Notes: generated by a model not told the origin, from the sequence alone. Shown: positions 1 through 12,482, counted from the first letter of the stretch. The stretch: DNA of 64,000 nucleotides from Myxococcota bacterium (GCA_039194325.1 JBCCWC010000003.1:64001-128000); one strand, 5' to 3'. Numbers and translations: made by a program.

Positions 1-2
1 CG

Positions 3-323
3 TCCGTTGACGAAGCCCTGGCCGCGGCGAGCCTCGAGCGCGACGTGATCGCCCAGGTCACGCACTTCATCAGCGGATTGTTCATGGTCGTGGCCTCGGA
101 TCTGGCCGTGACCCTGGCTCGGGGCATCGCCGAGCCGCTGGCCGCCACCTTCGCGCTCGAGCTGCTCGAGCCGCCGCTGTCGCTACCCGACATCGTCCTG
201 CACATGACGTGGCACGAGCGCTACGACGAAGATCCCGCCAACAAGTGGCTACGCTCGGCCGTGGTGCGGGTTAGCGAGCACATGCAGAGCGCCATCCATG
301 AATCCAGAGCTCCGCGGCCCTAA
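3..323 (+). CDS. LysR-family regulator, C-terminal substrate-binding domain (5'-truncated by window edge)
   Basis: Ending 'MTWHERYDEDPANKWLR' is typical of NodD/LeuO-type LysR C-termini. Confidence 0.8.
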   Translation, partial: SVDEALAAASLERDVIAQVTHFISGLFMVVASDLAVTLARGIAEPLAATFALELLEPPLSLPDIVLHMTWHERYDEDPANKWLRSAVVRVSEHMQSAIHESRAPRP

Positions 324-357
324 GCTCGACGCACACGCCGCTGGGGATCGAGCTGCC

Positions 358-654
358 ATGACCTCGGAGACCAAGTCGCACGTATTTCGTCACGACGACC
401 AGTGGGAGACCGTCGACACCTACTGGAGCAGCCCGCTGTCGTTCTGGTCGCAGAAGAGCCTGCGGATCGAGCCCCCCCTACCGCTCCGGGTGACCGTGCT
501 CGGCGCGGTCGTCGCTCACTCCACCCAGGGGTGGATCAACTACGGAGGAGTCAGCGCGATGTTCATCCAGGCCGTGCAGTCCCGAGGCCGCGCCGGGCAG
601 CGGGTACGCGTGGAGATCTACGACGACCCGGTGACCGAAGAAGAGCTGGGATAG
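358..654 (+). CDS. hypothetical protein (~98 aa)
   Basis: ATG at 358, GC3-biased codons, tight spacing with the next gene. Confidence 0.6.
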   Translation: MTSETKSHVFRHDDQWETVDTYWSSPLSFWSQKSLRIEPPLPLRVTVLGAVVAHSTQGWINYGGVSAMFIQAVQSRGRAGQRVRVEIYDDPVTEEELG

Positions 655-661
655 GCTCGGG

Positions 662-1229
662 GTGATGGGCTACTGGGACGAAGCCAAGAACATCGAAGAC
701 TACGAGCGGATGGCCGAGGGCTACGACGGCCGAGCGCTGGTGGATTACCTCGCGACCCAGGTCCCCGCCAGCGCGCACGTGCTCGAGCTGGGTATGGGGC
801 CAGGCAAGGATCTCGACATGATGCGCGAGCGAGGCTGGACGATCACCGGCTCGGACGCGTCCGCGGTGTTCGTCGACCGCTACCTTGGGCGTCACCCGGG
901 GGCCGACGTGCTTGCGCTCGACGCGGTCACAATCAAGACCGACCGAACCTTCGATGTAATCTACTCCAACAAGGTCTTGCAACACCTGACCCGCGAGCAA
1001 ATGCGACACTCACTCGCGCGCCAGGTCGAGTGCCTGAATGTGGGCGGCGTGTGCCTACACGCCCTGTGGTACGGCGAAGAAGTCCAGGAACACCATGGGC
1101 TTCGCTTTACCCAGTACACCGAGGCGCTGGTGCGTGAGGTGCTACCCGTGGAGCTGGAGCTCGTCGAGATCCTACGCTACACCGAGATGGAAGAGGGAGA
1201 CTCGCTCCGCGTGCTGCTGCGTCGGACGA

Positions 1230-1237
<8 letters not shown>
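662..1237 (+). CDS. class I SAM-dependent methyltransferase
   Basis: Motif I 'VLELGMGPG', 'GSDAS', 'FDVIYSNKVLQH'. Confidence 0.85.
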
Positions 1238-3593
<2,356 letters not shown>

Positions 3594-3734
3594 CCGGGCC
3601 CGCCGCGAGTGTCTCACCGTCGATCCGAGCGAACAACCAACACCCCACCCAGCACCGAGGATCGCCCTTCGCCACGGGCGAGGCCAAGCCATTGCCCGTA
3701 GGAGACGCGAGTGCCCCGGGCCAGCGCCTCACGC

Positions 3735-5312
3735 CTAGTGCGACACACCGCGGTCCGGGCCCGATAGCCGTGGGATCATCGGAGCCGTCACCGAGAACGC
3801 CAGCAGTGCCAGGTCGTTGCCCAGCAGGTGGGGGTAGTCGGAGAGGTCACCTGGGTGTAGCACCGCACCCCACGTGCCCGGTCGCGGAAGCCGAGCCTCG
3901 AACGCCACGGCCAGCTCGTTGGGTGATGCTCGGGTCGCCCACAGCCAGCCGGCGGCGACGGGTCGCACCGCCCGGATGTAGATCCGCTCCTCGACCGAGG
4001 CAGCCCAGGCTCGCCAGGCCCACAGCGCGAGCATCAGGCCGATGGTGCTCAGCTCGATGACCCGAGACGAGGTGAGCACCACGATCGCACCCAGCACCGT
4101 CACAACCAGCAAGGGCCGTAGCTGCTCCCAGCGAACCCAGCGATGCGTCTGCGCGGTCTGGGCCAGGGCGTCCGCTGCTTGCTCGACGGTGGGCCGGGGC
4201 TGCTCGGCCACCGGCGTCGGGAAGCTCCCGTACTGCTCCGCCCAACGCTCGGCCATGCCCACGTATAGAGCGGCAATGCCCGGCGCGCGCGCGGTCGCCC
4301 GAGCCAAGACGGTCAGCAAGGCTGCCGGTTCCGCGGCCGCGCGCTTGCCCAGCATCAGGCCCAGCTCCGCCTCGGCCGGCGGGCGCAAGCTGGCGCCCAG
4401 CATCGTGAAGCGATCGAGCTGCGGCCAGTCACCCAGCTCCTCGCGCCACGCGGCCAGCTCGTCACACAAGGTACGGCGATGCAGCAGTGCACCATCGCGA
4501 TACTCGGTGTCATGGGCGGCGATGAGATCTCCGTAGCGCGCGACCAGCTCATCGAACAGCACCGGAGCGCCCCACACCAGGGCACAGCATGCCTCGAGCA
4601 ACAGGGTGGAAAACTGGGGCAGGGCCGCCAGCGCCAGCGTCGAGCGCCCGAGCAACCGAGCCGCTGCAGCGGTGTAGCGCTGGGCCTCCAGATCCTCGTG
4701 GACCGCCTCGGCCAACGCGACCAGGCGCTCTTCGGCGGTGGGCTTGGGTGGCCCCGAATCCGGCCCCGAATCCGGCCCCGAGTCCGGCCCCGAGTTGGTG
4801 CTCGGCTCGAGCGGAGGCGCGGGCTCAGCTCGGTCGACGGGCTCGGCACGCTCGCGCGCCTCGGCTCGTAGCTCGACCTCCAGCTCGGCCACGATCCGCT
4901 CGATCGACGGCTCATCCTCATCCTCCGCTTCGGACTGCTCGCGTGCCTCGGCTCGTAGTGCCTCGTCGGTGGGCTCGTCGAGTCCCCCGTGCTGCCCGTC
5001 GTCTAGACTGCCATCGAGGTCATCATCGAGCCGTGCCTCCCCCTCGGCCCGGTGCTGCGCATCTTGCTGGGCCTGGCGCACCACCTCGTGGGCCTGGCGC
5101 CACGCGTCGAACCACGCCTCTTGTTCACGCAATCGGTCGTAAGCCTCGCGAACGCGGCGGAACTCGGCCGGGTGTCGGTCGGGCTTGAACACCTTGACCC
5201 GGCGCAGGTAGGCGCGACGGATCTGCTCAGAGCTGGCCCCCGGCCGCACGTCGAGCAGCAGGTAGGGGTCGTCCGTGTCGGGCAACGTGACCGGAGGCTT
5301 TGGGCGGCTCAT
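3735..5312 (-). CDS. J-domain co-chaperone (DjlB/DjlC-like) with C-terminal TM helices
   Basis: 'DPYLLLDV...IRRAYLRRVKVFKPDRHPAEFRRVREAYD' J-domain with KPD in place of HPD; 4-bp overlap with Hsp70 gene. Confidence 0.75.
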   Translation of the reverse strand: MSRPKPPVTLPDTDDPYLLLDVRPGASSEQIRRAYLRRVKVFKPDRHPAEFRRVREAYDRLREQEAWFDAWRQAHEVVRQAQQDAQHRAEGEARLDDDLDGSLDDGQHGGLDEPTDEALRAEAREQSEAEDEDEPSIERIVAELEVELRAEARERAEPVDRAEPAPPLEPSTNSGPDSGPDSGPDSGPPKPTAEERLVALAEAVHEDLEAQRYTAAAARLLGRSTLALAALPQFSTLLLEACCALVWGAPVLFDELVARYGDLIAAHDTEYRDGALLHRRTLCDELAAWREELGDWPQLDRFTMLGASLRPPAEAELGLMLGKRAAAEPAALLTVLARATARAPGIAALYVGMAERWAEQYGSFPTPVAEQPRPTVEQAADALAQTAQTHRWVRWEQLRPLLVVTVLGAIVVLTSSRVIELSTIGLMLALWAWRAWAASVEERIYIRAVRPVAAGWLWATRASPNELAVAFEARLPRPGTWGAVLHPGDLSDYPHLLGNDLALLAFSVTAPMIPRLSGPDRGVSH

Positions 5313-7069
5313 CCTCGCTTGAACCGATCGACCAGCGCCAACAGCTCGCCCCGACGCCGGTCGATGACATGGGGTTCCTGCTCCTCCAAGGCGAGCCGAA
5401 AGGCCCGCATCGCGGTGCCGAGTAGCTCGCGCGCGGGACCGCGTAGCTCGGTGAACAGGCTCTCGGCACGAGCCAGCGCGGTGGTGTTGGGCAGCGCCTC
5501 CCGAGGATGGAACTTGAGCCCCTTGAGCGCCTCCCGAGCCTGCTCGACCTGCTTGGGGCTCATGCGCCCCGGCGAGCGCTCGATCACCAGCGTAGAGGTC
5601 TCACCGGTGGATACCACGGTCATGTCGACCTCGAGGATCCCGTTGAGATCGTAGGTAAAGCGCACGTCGATCGACTCTTCGCCGGCGGGCGCCGACGGCA
5701 GCCCCTCGAGCGTGTAATCGCCGAGCTTGGTGTTGTCGCGGCACAGCGAGTGCTCACCCTGGAACACCTCGACGCGGATCTGCGCCTGACCATCGGCCGC
5801 GGTCACGAATCGCTCCACCCGGCTGGCAGGGAGCACCGTGCCCCGCTCGAGGATCGGCGAGAACACGTAGTCGAGGCGTCGCCGGCCCTGGCTCTCTACG
5901 GTGGACACGCCCAGCGAGAAGGGAGCCACGTCGGTGGCCACCATGTCGTCGAGCTGCTCGTCGCCGGCCTTGAGGGCGACCTGGACCGCCGCCCCCTGAG
6001 CGACCGCCTCGTCGGGCGAGATCGTGCGCAGAGGCGGCCGTTCGAACAACGCGTGCGCCAGCTCGGCCACCACCGGCATACGCGTGGCGCCACCGACCAG
6101 CACCACCTCGTCGATGTCGGTGGTCGACAGGCCCGCGTCGCGTAGCGCCCGGCGGATCGGCGGGTGCATGCGCTCCATGATGGGCTGCCACAGCTCGTGG
6201 GCCTCCTCGCGGGTCAACGGCAGGCGCGGGGGCTCGGTGTGCAAGTGCGGCCCCGGGCGCGGCACCTCGACCTCGACCCGCTCGTCACTCGACAACTGGC
6301 GCTTGGCCAGCTCGCACGCCTCCCAAAAACGAGCCCGGGTGTGCACCATCCGGCGGGGATCGAGATCCCACTGCTGCTTCGCGCGATCGGCCAGCGCGTC
6401 GACCAGCCGCTCTACGAAATCTTCGCCGCCCAGGCGAGCATCACCGGCCGAGGCCTGGATCTCGATGACCCCCTCGATGATCTCGAGCACGCTGACGTCG
6501 AAGGTGCCCCCGCCCACGTCGAGCACCACGATGCGACACTCCCGGTCGCGATGCTGTAGCCCGTAGGCCAGCGCCGCGGCGGTGGGCTCGTTGATCAATC
6601 GCTCCACGTGTAGCCCCGCGATCTCACACGCATCGCGGGTCGCGCGGCGTTGCAGCTCGCCGAAGTAGGCCGGCACCGTCACCACCGCTTCGTCCACCGG
6701 GACGCCCAAGCTGGCCTCGGCATCGCGCACCAGCTGCCGCAATACCAGCGCCGAGAGCTCCTCAGGCCGGAATCGGTGGGTGCCGTAGGCGAATACCCGG
6801 TCGGTCCCCATGTCCCGCTTGAAGTTGCGGAACGTACGCTCGGGGTGGGTGAGCGCACGAGCCCGAGCCGGGGCACCCACCAAGATCGTCCCGTCGTCGT
6901 CCACACTGACCGCGCTGGGGGTCTGCCGTTCACCCAGGCCATTGGGGAGGATCTCGGCATCACCGTCGCGAAGCACCCCCACCAAGGAGTAGGTCGTACC
7001 CAGATCGATGCCTATACGCGCGCCCACGGCGGCCGTCAGCGTAGCACTGCCCCCCGCGGTCCGACCCAC
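5309..7069 (-). CDS. hscC: Hsp70-family chaperone, HscC-like
   Basis: GIDLGTT, TVPAYF, INEPTAAALAYG, DVGGGTFDVS, LVGGATRMP; short HscC-like C-terminus; exact start uncertain. Confidence 0.8.
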   Translation of the reverse strand: MGRTAGGSATLTAAVGARIGIDLGTTYSLVGVLRDGDAEILPNGLGERQTPSAVSVDDDGTILVGAPARARALTHPERTFRNFKRDMGTDRVFAYGTHRFRPEELSALVLRQLVRDAEASLGVPVDEAVVTVPAYFGELQRRATRDACEIAGLHVERLINEPTAAALAYGLQHRDRECRIVVLDVGGGTFDVSVLEIIEGVIEIQASAGDARLGGEDFVERLVDALADRAKQQWDLDPRRMVHTRARFWEACELAKRQLSSDERVEVEVPRPGPHLHTEPPRLPLTREEAHELWQPIMERMHPPIRRALRDAGLSTTDIDEVVLVGGATRMPVVAELAHALFERPPLRTISPDEAVAQGAAVQVALKAGDEQLDDMVATDVAPFSLGVSTVESQGRRRLDYVFSPILERGTVLPASRVERFVTAADGQAQIRVEVFQGEHSLCRDNTKLGDYTLEGLPSAPAGEESIDVRFTYDLNGILEVDMTVVSTGETSTLVIERSPGRMSPKQVEQAREALKGLKFHPREALPNTTALARAESLFTELRGPARELLGTAMRAFRLALEEQEPHVIDRRRGELLALVDRFKRG

Positions 7070-7255
7070 TCGGGGTCTTGGGACCCTCAGCGATGGCTAC
7101 GGCACGGGCCACGGCACGGCCACGGCCACGGCCCGAACCAGCGCCTAGCGCGCACGATGCCCGTCTCTACTCGGCGAAAACCACGGACACGCTGGGGTCG
7201 CCTCGCCTCTTGCCAACCCGGGTCGGTGTGGTCTAGGAGATCGCCCCTCACGAAC

Positions 7256-7301
7256 CTCCTTGCTCCCGCCGCGAGCGGGGGCCACTTTCGTCCGAAAGGA
7301 G
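7256..7301 (+). promoter_or_regulatory. rpsF leader (S6:S18 autoregulatory RNA candidate)
   Basis: CTCCTT (7256-7261) can pair with SD AAGGAG (7296-7301); inner stem GCTCCCGC/GCGGGGGC; unpaired CCG just 5' of the SD. Confidence 0.6.
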
Positions 7302-7306
7302 AGCCC

Positions 7307-7888
7307 ATGGCCGAAGCAGCCGCCAACAAGGGCATCGTGCGCTCGGTGTCGTCCAAGCAGGGCACCCAGCGCGAGTACGAGTCCGTCATCATCCTCCGCC
7401 CCAGCACGGGCAAGCCCGAGATCGCCGCGCTCATCGAGCGCATGCAGGGCATGTTCGGCGATTTTGGGGGCACCCTCATCAAGATCGACAGCTGGGGCAC
7501 CCGGATCCTGGCCTTTCCCGTCCGTCACGAGCGCAAGGGGATCTACCTGTACTGGCGCTTCTTGGGAGGCTCGGACATCGTCGCCGAGTTCGAGCGCCTG
7601 ATGGGCCTGTCGGACAAGGTCATTCGCTTCTACACCATCAAGATCGACGACGACGTGGACCCCGAGGCTCGGCCCAGCGAGGTGACCGAGGAGCTGCTCG
7701 AAGCGGCGTCCGACCCGGGCCCCGACCCCGAAGAGCTCGCTCGACAGGCCGCCGAGGCCGAGGCCGCTCGCCTGGCCGCCGAGGCCGAGGCCGCCCGTCT
7801 GGCCGCCGAGGCCGAGGCCGCCCAGCAGGCCGAAGAGCCTGCTGAAGGCGACACCCCCGCCCCCGCCAGTGAGGAGAGCGAAGGATGA
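7307..7888 (+). CDS. rpsF: 30S ribosomal protein S6 with long acidic/Ala-rich tail
   Basis: '[11 protein letters not shown]...[12 protein letters not shown]...GIYLYWRF'; SD AAGGAG. Confidence 0.92.
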   Translation: MAEAAANKGIVRSVSSKQGTQREYESVIILRPSTGKPEIAALIERMQGMFGDFGGTLIKIDSWGTRILAFPVRHERKGIYLYWRFLGGSDIVAEFERLMGLSDKVIRFYTIKIDDDVDPEARPSEVTEELLEAASDPGPDPEELARQAAEAEAARLAAEAEAARLAAEAEAAQQAEEPAEGDTPAPASEESEG

Positions 7889-8163
7889 GCGACGATTATC
7901 GAGACCGTGACCGAGGTGACCGAGGCGACCGAGGAGACCGCGGCGACCGAGGCAGCAGCCGTCGCAAGCGCTTTGCGATGGTCGCCGACAAGAACCTCGT
8001 GCTGGACTACAAGAACCCCCAGCTGCTGAAGAACTTCCTGTCCGATCGCGGCAAGATCGTGCCGGCGCGGATCTCCGGGCTCTCTGCCCGTCAGCAGCGG
8101 CAGCTCACCAAGGCGATCAAGCGCGCGCGCATGCTGGCCTTGCTGCCCTACACCTCGAGCTGA
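7885..8163 (+). CDS. rpsR: 30S ribosomal protein S18
   Basis: '[22 protein letters not shown]...[19 protein letters not shown]'. Confidence 0.97.
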   Translation: MSDDYRDRDRGDRGDRGDRGDRGSSRRKRFAMVADKNLVLDYKNPQLLKNFLSDRGKIVPARISGLSARQQRQLTKAIKRARMLALLPYTSS

Positions 8164-8216
8164 GAGCCCCGCGGGAACCAGGCGACAACCAGACGAGAAG
8201 CGAGAAAGGTCCCGTC

Positions 8217-8669
8217 ATGATCAGCGTCATCCTCAAGCAAGACGTCGACAACCTCGGCCGCGCCGGTGAGATCGTCAAGGTCAAGCCGGGGTACGGTCGG
8301 AATTTCCTCATCCCTCGCGGCATGGCCCTATTGGCCACCCGGGGCAACGTGGCCCAGCACGAGCACCATAAGCGTGCCATCGAGGCCGAGCAGGCTCGAC
8401 TTCATGCCCAGCAGAAGCTGGTCGCCGACCAGCTCGAGAAGACCTCGGTATCCATCGCCCGTAAAGCCGGTAAGGACGGCAAGCTCTTTGGCTCGGTCTC
8501 CTCGCGTGACATCGTCGATGCCCTCGCGATGCAGAACATCGAGATCGACCGTCGTCTGGTCCGACTCGACGATCCGCTCCGCGAGACCGGTACCTTCGAG
8601 GTCATGGTGCGCTTCAGCATGGACATCCAGGTTCCACTGAAGGTCAACGTCGTCGGCATCAAGAAATAG
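8217..8669 (+). CDS. rplI: 50S ribosomal protein L9
   Basis: 'VILKQDVDNLGRAGEIVKVKPGYGRNFLIPRG', 'GKLFGSV'. Confidence 0.97.
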   Translation: MISVILKQDVDNLGRAGEIVKVKPGYGRNFLIPRGMALLATRGNVAQHEHHKRAIEAEQARLHAQQKLVADQLEKTSVSIARKAGKDGKLFGSVSSRDIVDALAMQNIEIDRRLVRLDDPLRETGTFEVMVRFSMDIQVPLKVNVVGIKK

Positions 8670-8706
8670 CGTTTTTGGGCCGCTCGAGCCCGGAGCGTTG
8701 TTGGCG

Positions 8707-8738
8707 AGGGCCGATCGGAGACGATCGGCCCTTCTTGT
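8707..8738 (+). terminator. putative intrinsic terminator after rplI
   Basis: 11-bp perfect stem AGGGCCGATCG-GAGA-CGATCGGCCCT followed by TCTTGT. Confidence 0.6.
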
Positions 8739-8845
8739 ATCGTCGTGGATTGTATCGTGGGTTGTATCGTGGGTTGCGTTGTCGGGGACCGTGCTCGAAA
8801 TGCCCCATTTGCCATCGGTCGTGACGGTGGGGCAGTCTGTTCGGG

Positions 8846-9367
8846 ATGGATGACCACCCCGGCCCGGTGCTCGAAGACGGCGTGCTTCGGTTGCGCCCGC
8901 TGACCTTGTTGGAGGTCGCCGCGTGGCATGCTGGCGAGGACGAGGAGGTCCGCAAGTGGTTCCAGTTCCCGCGCCCTTCTTCGCGGCAGGACGTGACCCT
9001 GGCCATCAAGGCCTGGAAGCGCTCGTGGAGCGAGGGAGGCCCCGTTCGTCACTTCGGCGTGTGGGTGATCGAGCAGGACACGCTGGTCGGCGGGATCGAG
9101 GTGCGCGATCGGGGCGAGGGAGCGGCCTATCTGTCGTATATGATCTTTGCCGACCACCGCCGTCACGGCCACGCCACTCGGGCGGTGCGCTTGGCCGTGG
9201 ACTACGCGCGCAAGGCCTTGCCGGTGGAGCGCGTCGTGATCATCACCGACATGACCAACCTCGCCTCGCGCGGGGTCGCGGAGGGGGCTGGGTTCGAACT
9301 CGACGGTCCCGCCGATCCCCGTGAGCACGTCGAGATCGGCGAGATGATCCGCTACATACGGTCTTGA
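8846..9367 (+). CDS. GNAT acetyltransferase (RimJ/RimL-like)
   Basis: 'HRRHGHATRAV', 'NLASRGVAEGAGF'. Confidence 0.85.
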   Translation: MDDHPGPVLEDGVLRLRPLTLLEVAAWHAGEDEEVRKWFQFPRPSSRQDVTLAIKAWKRSWSEGGPVRHFGVWVIEQDTLVGGIEVRDRGEGAAYLSYMIFADHRRHGHATRAVRLAVDYARKALPVERVVIITDMTNLASRGVAEGAGFELDGPADPREHVEIGEMIRYIRS

Positions 9368-9395
9368 TCGGTTATCGCGCTGAGGAACTAGTCAC

Positions 9396-9854
9396 ATGGC
9401 TTCGAAGAACATCCGCCCCACCCCGCCGCCAGCGGGTCCTGCCCTGGTGCGACCCGCCGTAGGTGCACTGCTACTGTCGCTGAGCGGGCCTGCATGTGGC
9501 GACGACGACAGCTCGGGCACGGCCAACGACAGCATCGCTCCGATGCCTCCGCCCACCACCGAGTCTACGACCATCGGTGAGGAATCGACGACCATCATCG
9601 CGCCCATGCCCCCGCCACCCATGCCTCCCCCGCCCATGCCTCCCCCGACGGGCGACGGGACTACCGGCACGAGCGAGAGCGATTCGGGCACCGGGAGCAC
9701 GAGCGGGGGCGACTCGGGCACCGGGAGCACGAGCGGGGGCGACTCGAGCACCGGGAGCAGCTCGGGCGCGGGCGCGACGACAGTGATCCCACCCATGCCG
9801 CCTCCGCCCATGCCCCCGCCACCCATGCCTCCGCCATCGACCAGCGACGAATGA
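9396..9854 (+). CDS. small Pro/Ser/Thr/Gly-rich putative lipoprotein with MPPP repeats
   Basis: SD GAGGA; hydrophobic stretch ending GPAC-GDDD (lipobox-like); seven MPPP units. Confidence 0.7.
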   Translation: MASKNIRPTPPPAGPALVRPAVGALLLSLSGPACGDDDSSGTANDSIAPMPPPTTESTTIGEESTTIIAPMPPPPMPPPPMPPPTGDGTTGTSESDSGTGSTSGGDSGTGSTSGGDSSTGSSSGAGATTVIPPMPPPPMPPPPMPPPSTSDE

Positions 9855-9928
9855 ATGAATGAATGAAGGATCGGCCCACGCGATCGTCGATGACGACCGG
9901 TGACCGCGTTGCTCACCGCTAGAACGCC

Positions 9929-10945
9929 TTGCTCGTGGTGCACCGCTCCATCCGTCGCGCGTATCGAGGCTCTCGCCGCCGGATCGTCTCGCCGCAATGG
10001 CGGGCCTGGCTCGCCGAGAACCTGCTACGTGGGGTCGATCCGCGCGAGCTGGTCGAGGGCCTGGTCGGCGGCGGCGTACCAGCAGCGCAGGCCAAGCACA
10101 CCGTGAGCGCGATCGTGCGATCACCCCTGCTCGCGGTTGCTCGACGCGAGGCGACCCGCTCGCACCAGCTCGGCCTCATTACCCGATTGCTTGGTGGGCG
10201 AGGCGAGCCGCTCGCCATCCCGAGGGTGCCGGCTCCGGCGGCCGACGAGTTCTTCTCGCGCTACTGGTCCACTTCGACTCCGGCGATCTTCGTGGACATC
10301 GTGCCCCGATGGCGAGCCCACTGGTCGCCAACGAGCCTACGCGAGCGCTTTGGCGAGGCCATGATCGAGGCGTGTACCGGTCGCGATGATGACCCCCAAC
10401 CCGACGCCAACTGGGACGCCCACCGCCGGGAGCTGCCCCTGGCCGAGTACATCGACCGCATGTTGGGCCTCGATCGCAGCAACGACCTCTACCTCATCGC
10501 CAACAACCGCAACACCGCGCGGCCACAGCTGCGAGCGCTGTGGGACGACGTGGTGCTACCCGAGGGCTGGTTCGACGAGCCGCGGCTACCCCGAGGCTCG
10601 GCGCTGTGGCTGGGGCCAGCGGGCACTGTGACTCCGCTGCACCACGACACCTCGAACATCCTGTTTTGCCAGATCCACGGGCGTAAGCGGATCGTGCTGG
10701 CGCCACCGTGGGCGACAGCGTTACTCGACACCGCGCGGGGCGTCTATAACGCTCGCACCCCGGGGGATCTGGCGGACGAGGGCATCGAGTCCATCGAGCT
10801 GACCCTCGGTCCGGGCGAGGCGTTGTTCCTCCCGGTGGGGTGGTGGCATGATGTACGAGCGCTGGATGTCTCGGTGAGTCTGGCGATCAATGCGTTTGCA
10901 CGGGACAATCGCTTTGAGTGGTACCGGCTTGGTGGGCCGTGCTAG
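9929..10945 (+). CDS. JmjC/cupin-like 2OG-Fe(II) oxygenase
   Basis: 'LWLGPAGTVTPLHHD', 'GRKRIVL', 'LGPGEALFLPVGWWHDV' give the HxD...H triad. Confidence 0.88.
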   Translation: MLVVHRSIRRAYRGSRRRIVSPQWRAWLAENLLRGVDPRELVEGLVGGGVPAAQAKHTVSAIVRSPLLAVARREATRSHQLGLITRLLGGRGEPLAIPRVPAPAADEFFSRYWSTSTPAIFVDIVPRWRAHWSPTSLRERFGEAMIEACTGRDDDPQPDANWDAHRRELPLAEYIDRMLGLDRSNDLYLIANNRNTARPQLRALWDDVVLPEGWFDEPRLPRGSALWLGPAGTVTPLHHDTSNILFCQIHGRKRIVLAPPWATALLDTARGVYNARTPGDLADEGIESIELTLGPGEALFLPVGWWHDVRALDVSVSLAINAFARDNRFEWYRLGGPC

Positions 10946-10951
10946 GCGGTC

Positions 10952-12466
10952 TTACTGGGCCGCCCGGACGGTGATCACCGCCGCCTTCCCCGCCTTGCGG
11001 TCCTTGTCGCGGCGCACGACCACCCGCCCCTCGGGCAGCCCAAAGCGATCCGAAGCGTGATTGGCCACCCGCTCGGCGGCCTCGGGAGATCGGGGGATCC
11101 ACACCTCGAGGGTGGAACGAGAGAACACCCCGGCCAAGAAGCCCACCTCGGAGACCAGCGACGACTCGGCCTCCGCGTTGAGACGTCGCCCGGGCACGGT
11201 GCGGACCAAGAGAGTCTCGGCGTCCCCGCGGGCCGCCACCCGCGACGTCTTGGGCGTCAGCGCGGTGGTTTCCCGGGCCAAGTCGGCGATGATCGTGGCG
11301 GACAGCGGCACCCGCTCGGGCGGCGGGGTGGTCAGCAAGCCGATCTCGCGCCATAGGTCCCAGGTGCGATGGAAGAGGGCATCGAGGTTGACCGCGCTCC
11401 GCCCCGAGAGCCCAGCGGCCTGCGCCGCCTCGTGCAGATCGGTGAACTCCAGCCAACCCAGGGCGTCGATCAGATCGACCGCCTCGGGGGCGCTCTTTTG
11501 CGCCGCGAGCTGACGAGCGGCCTCGGGCGGGTCGGCCGACAGCGTGCGCGCGCCGTCCATCCAGGTCTTGGACCAGCGCGCGAGCGCGGCTCGGCGGCGC
11601 TCGACGACGCCCAAGGGCGCCACCGCGACCACGGGCACCAGGTGGGTGGCATCGGCAGTGGACATGACCAGCCGGCGTGCGTCGAGCTCCCGCGACTTAC
11701 GGCGCTGGACCGCCTCGAGGCTGGCCCGCTTCTTCTTGTTGCCCTCGACCAGCTTGACCCGATTGGGCGAGACCCCGGCTTGGTCGAGGGCGAAAAGAGC
11801 GAGCAAGGTCTCGGACGAGCCGGCCGCCCCGCTGACCCGCACCTCGCCCCGTGGGGGCTGGCGCAGCAGGTCGGCGTCGCCGACCATCGCATCGCGACCG
11901 CGCGACCAGGCCACCACGAAGAACACCTGCGGCGACAGAGCCCGCAACCGCTCATACGAGGCCGCGAAGGCGGGCAGGGGCATCAAGGCCACGTCGGCCC
12001 CTTTGTCGTCCTTGCCGCCGCGGCCCAGTCGAACCTCGACCTGCTCGGCATCAGACACCGCGGCGAAGGTCACGTCGAGGCCAACCTCCTTGAAACGGCT
12101 CTGCTCGCCCGCTTTCATCCCGCCGTTGGCGAGCACGCCCGGGGCGAGGATCTCCCAACCCAGGGCGACCACGCGCAGGGGCTCGGGCTCAGCGGGGACG
12201 GCCGCGTCACCCTTGCCCTCGCTCTCGTCCGCCGAGGCATCGCCCGAGGCCCCCTTCGAGGCATCCGACGAGGCATCACCCGAGGCATCGGGCGAGCCGT
12301 CGGCGCTCTTGGCCGGGGTCGACGAGGCGTCATCGTCCGGCGCGGCAGCCTCGCCGTCTTTCGAGTCGTCGGCCTCGGGCATCGGCGGGGCCTGTCGCAT
12401 CACGCCCACCGCGGCCACGGTGCCGAGCATCCCCAACAAACTGAGAAATACGAAGGTACGTCGCAT
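10952..12466 (-). CDS. exported ABC-type (NMT1/SsuA-like) substrate-binding-like protein
   Basis: N-terminal TM/signal, acidic linker, 'GWEILAPGVLANGG', 'VAWSRGRDAMV'. Confidence 0.55.
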   Translation of the reverse strand: MRRTFVFLSLLGMLGTVAAVGVMRQAPPMPEADDSKDGEAAAPDDDASSTPAKSADGSPDASGDASSDASKGASGDASADESEGKGDAAVPAEPEPLRVVALGWEILAPGVLANGGMKAGEQSRFKEVGLDVTFAAVSDAEQVEVRLGRGGKDDKGADVALMPLPAFAASYERLRALSPQVFFVVAWSRGRDAMVGDADLLRQPPRGEVRVSGAAGSSETLLALFALDQAGVSPNRVKLVEGNKKKRASLEAVQRRKSRELDARRLVMSTADATHLVPVVAVAPLGVVERRRAALARWSKTWMDGARTLSADPPEAARQLAAQKSAPEAVDLIDALGWLEFTDLHEAAQAAGLSGRSAVNLDALFHRTWDLWREIGLLTTPPPERVPLSATIIADLARETTALTPKTSRVAARGDAETLLVRTVPGRRLNAEAESSLVSEVGFLAGVFSRSTLEVWIPRSPEAAERVANHASDRFGLPEGRVVVRRDKDRKAGKAAVITVRAAQ

Positions 12467-12482
12467 CGACCCTGGCTATCCC

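Noticed and set aside
6650..7306. Long N-terminal extensions in the ORF track for rpsF (likewise dnaA, jag, yidC, rsmA, mutM, mscS and the TPR gene)
   Set aside because: Homology begins at downstream starts with SD sites or stop/start overlaps; the extensions overlap other genes
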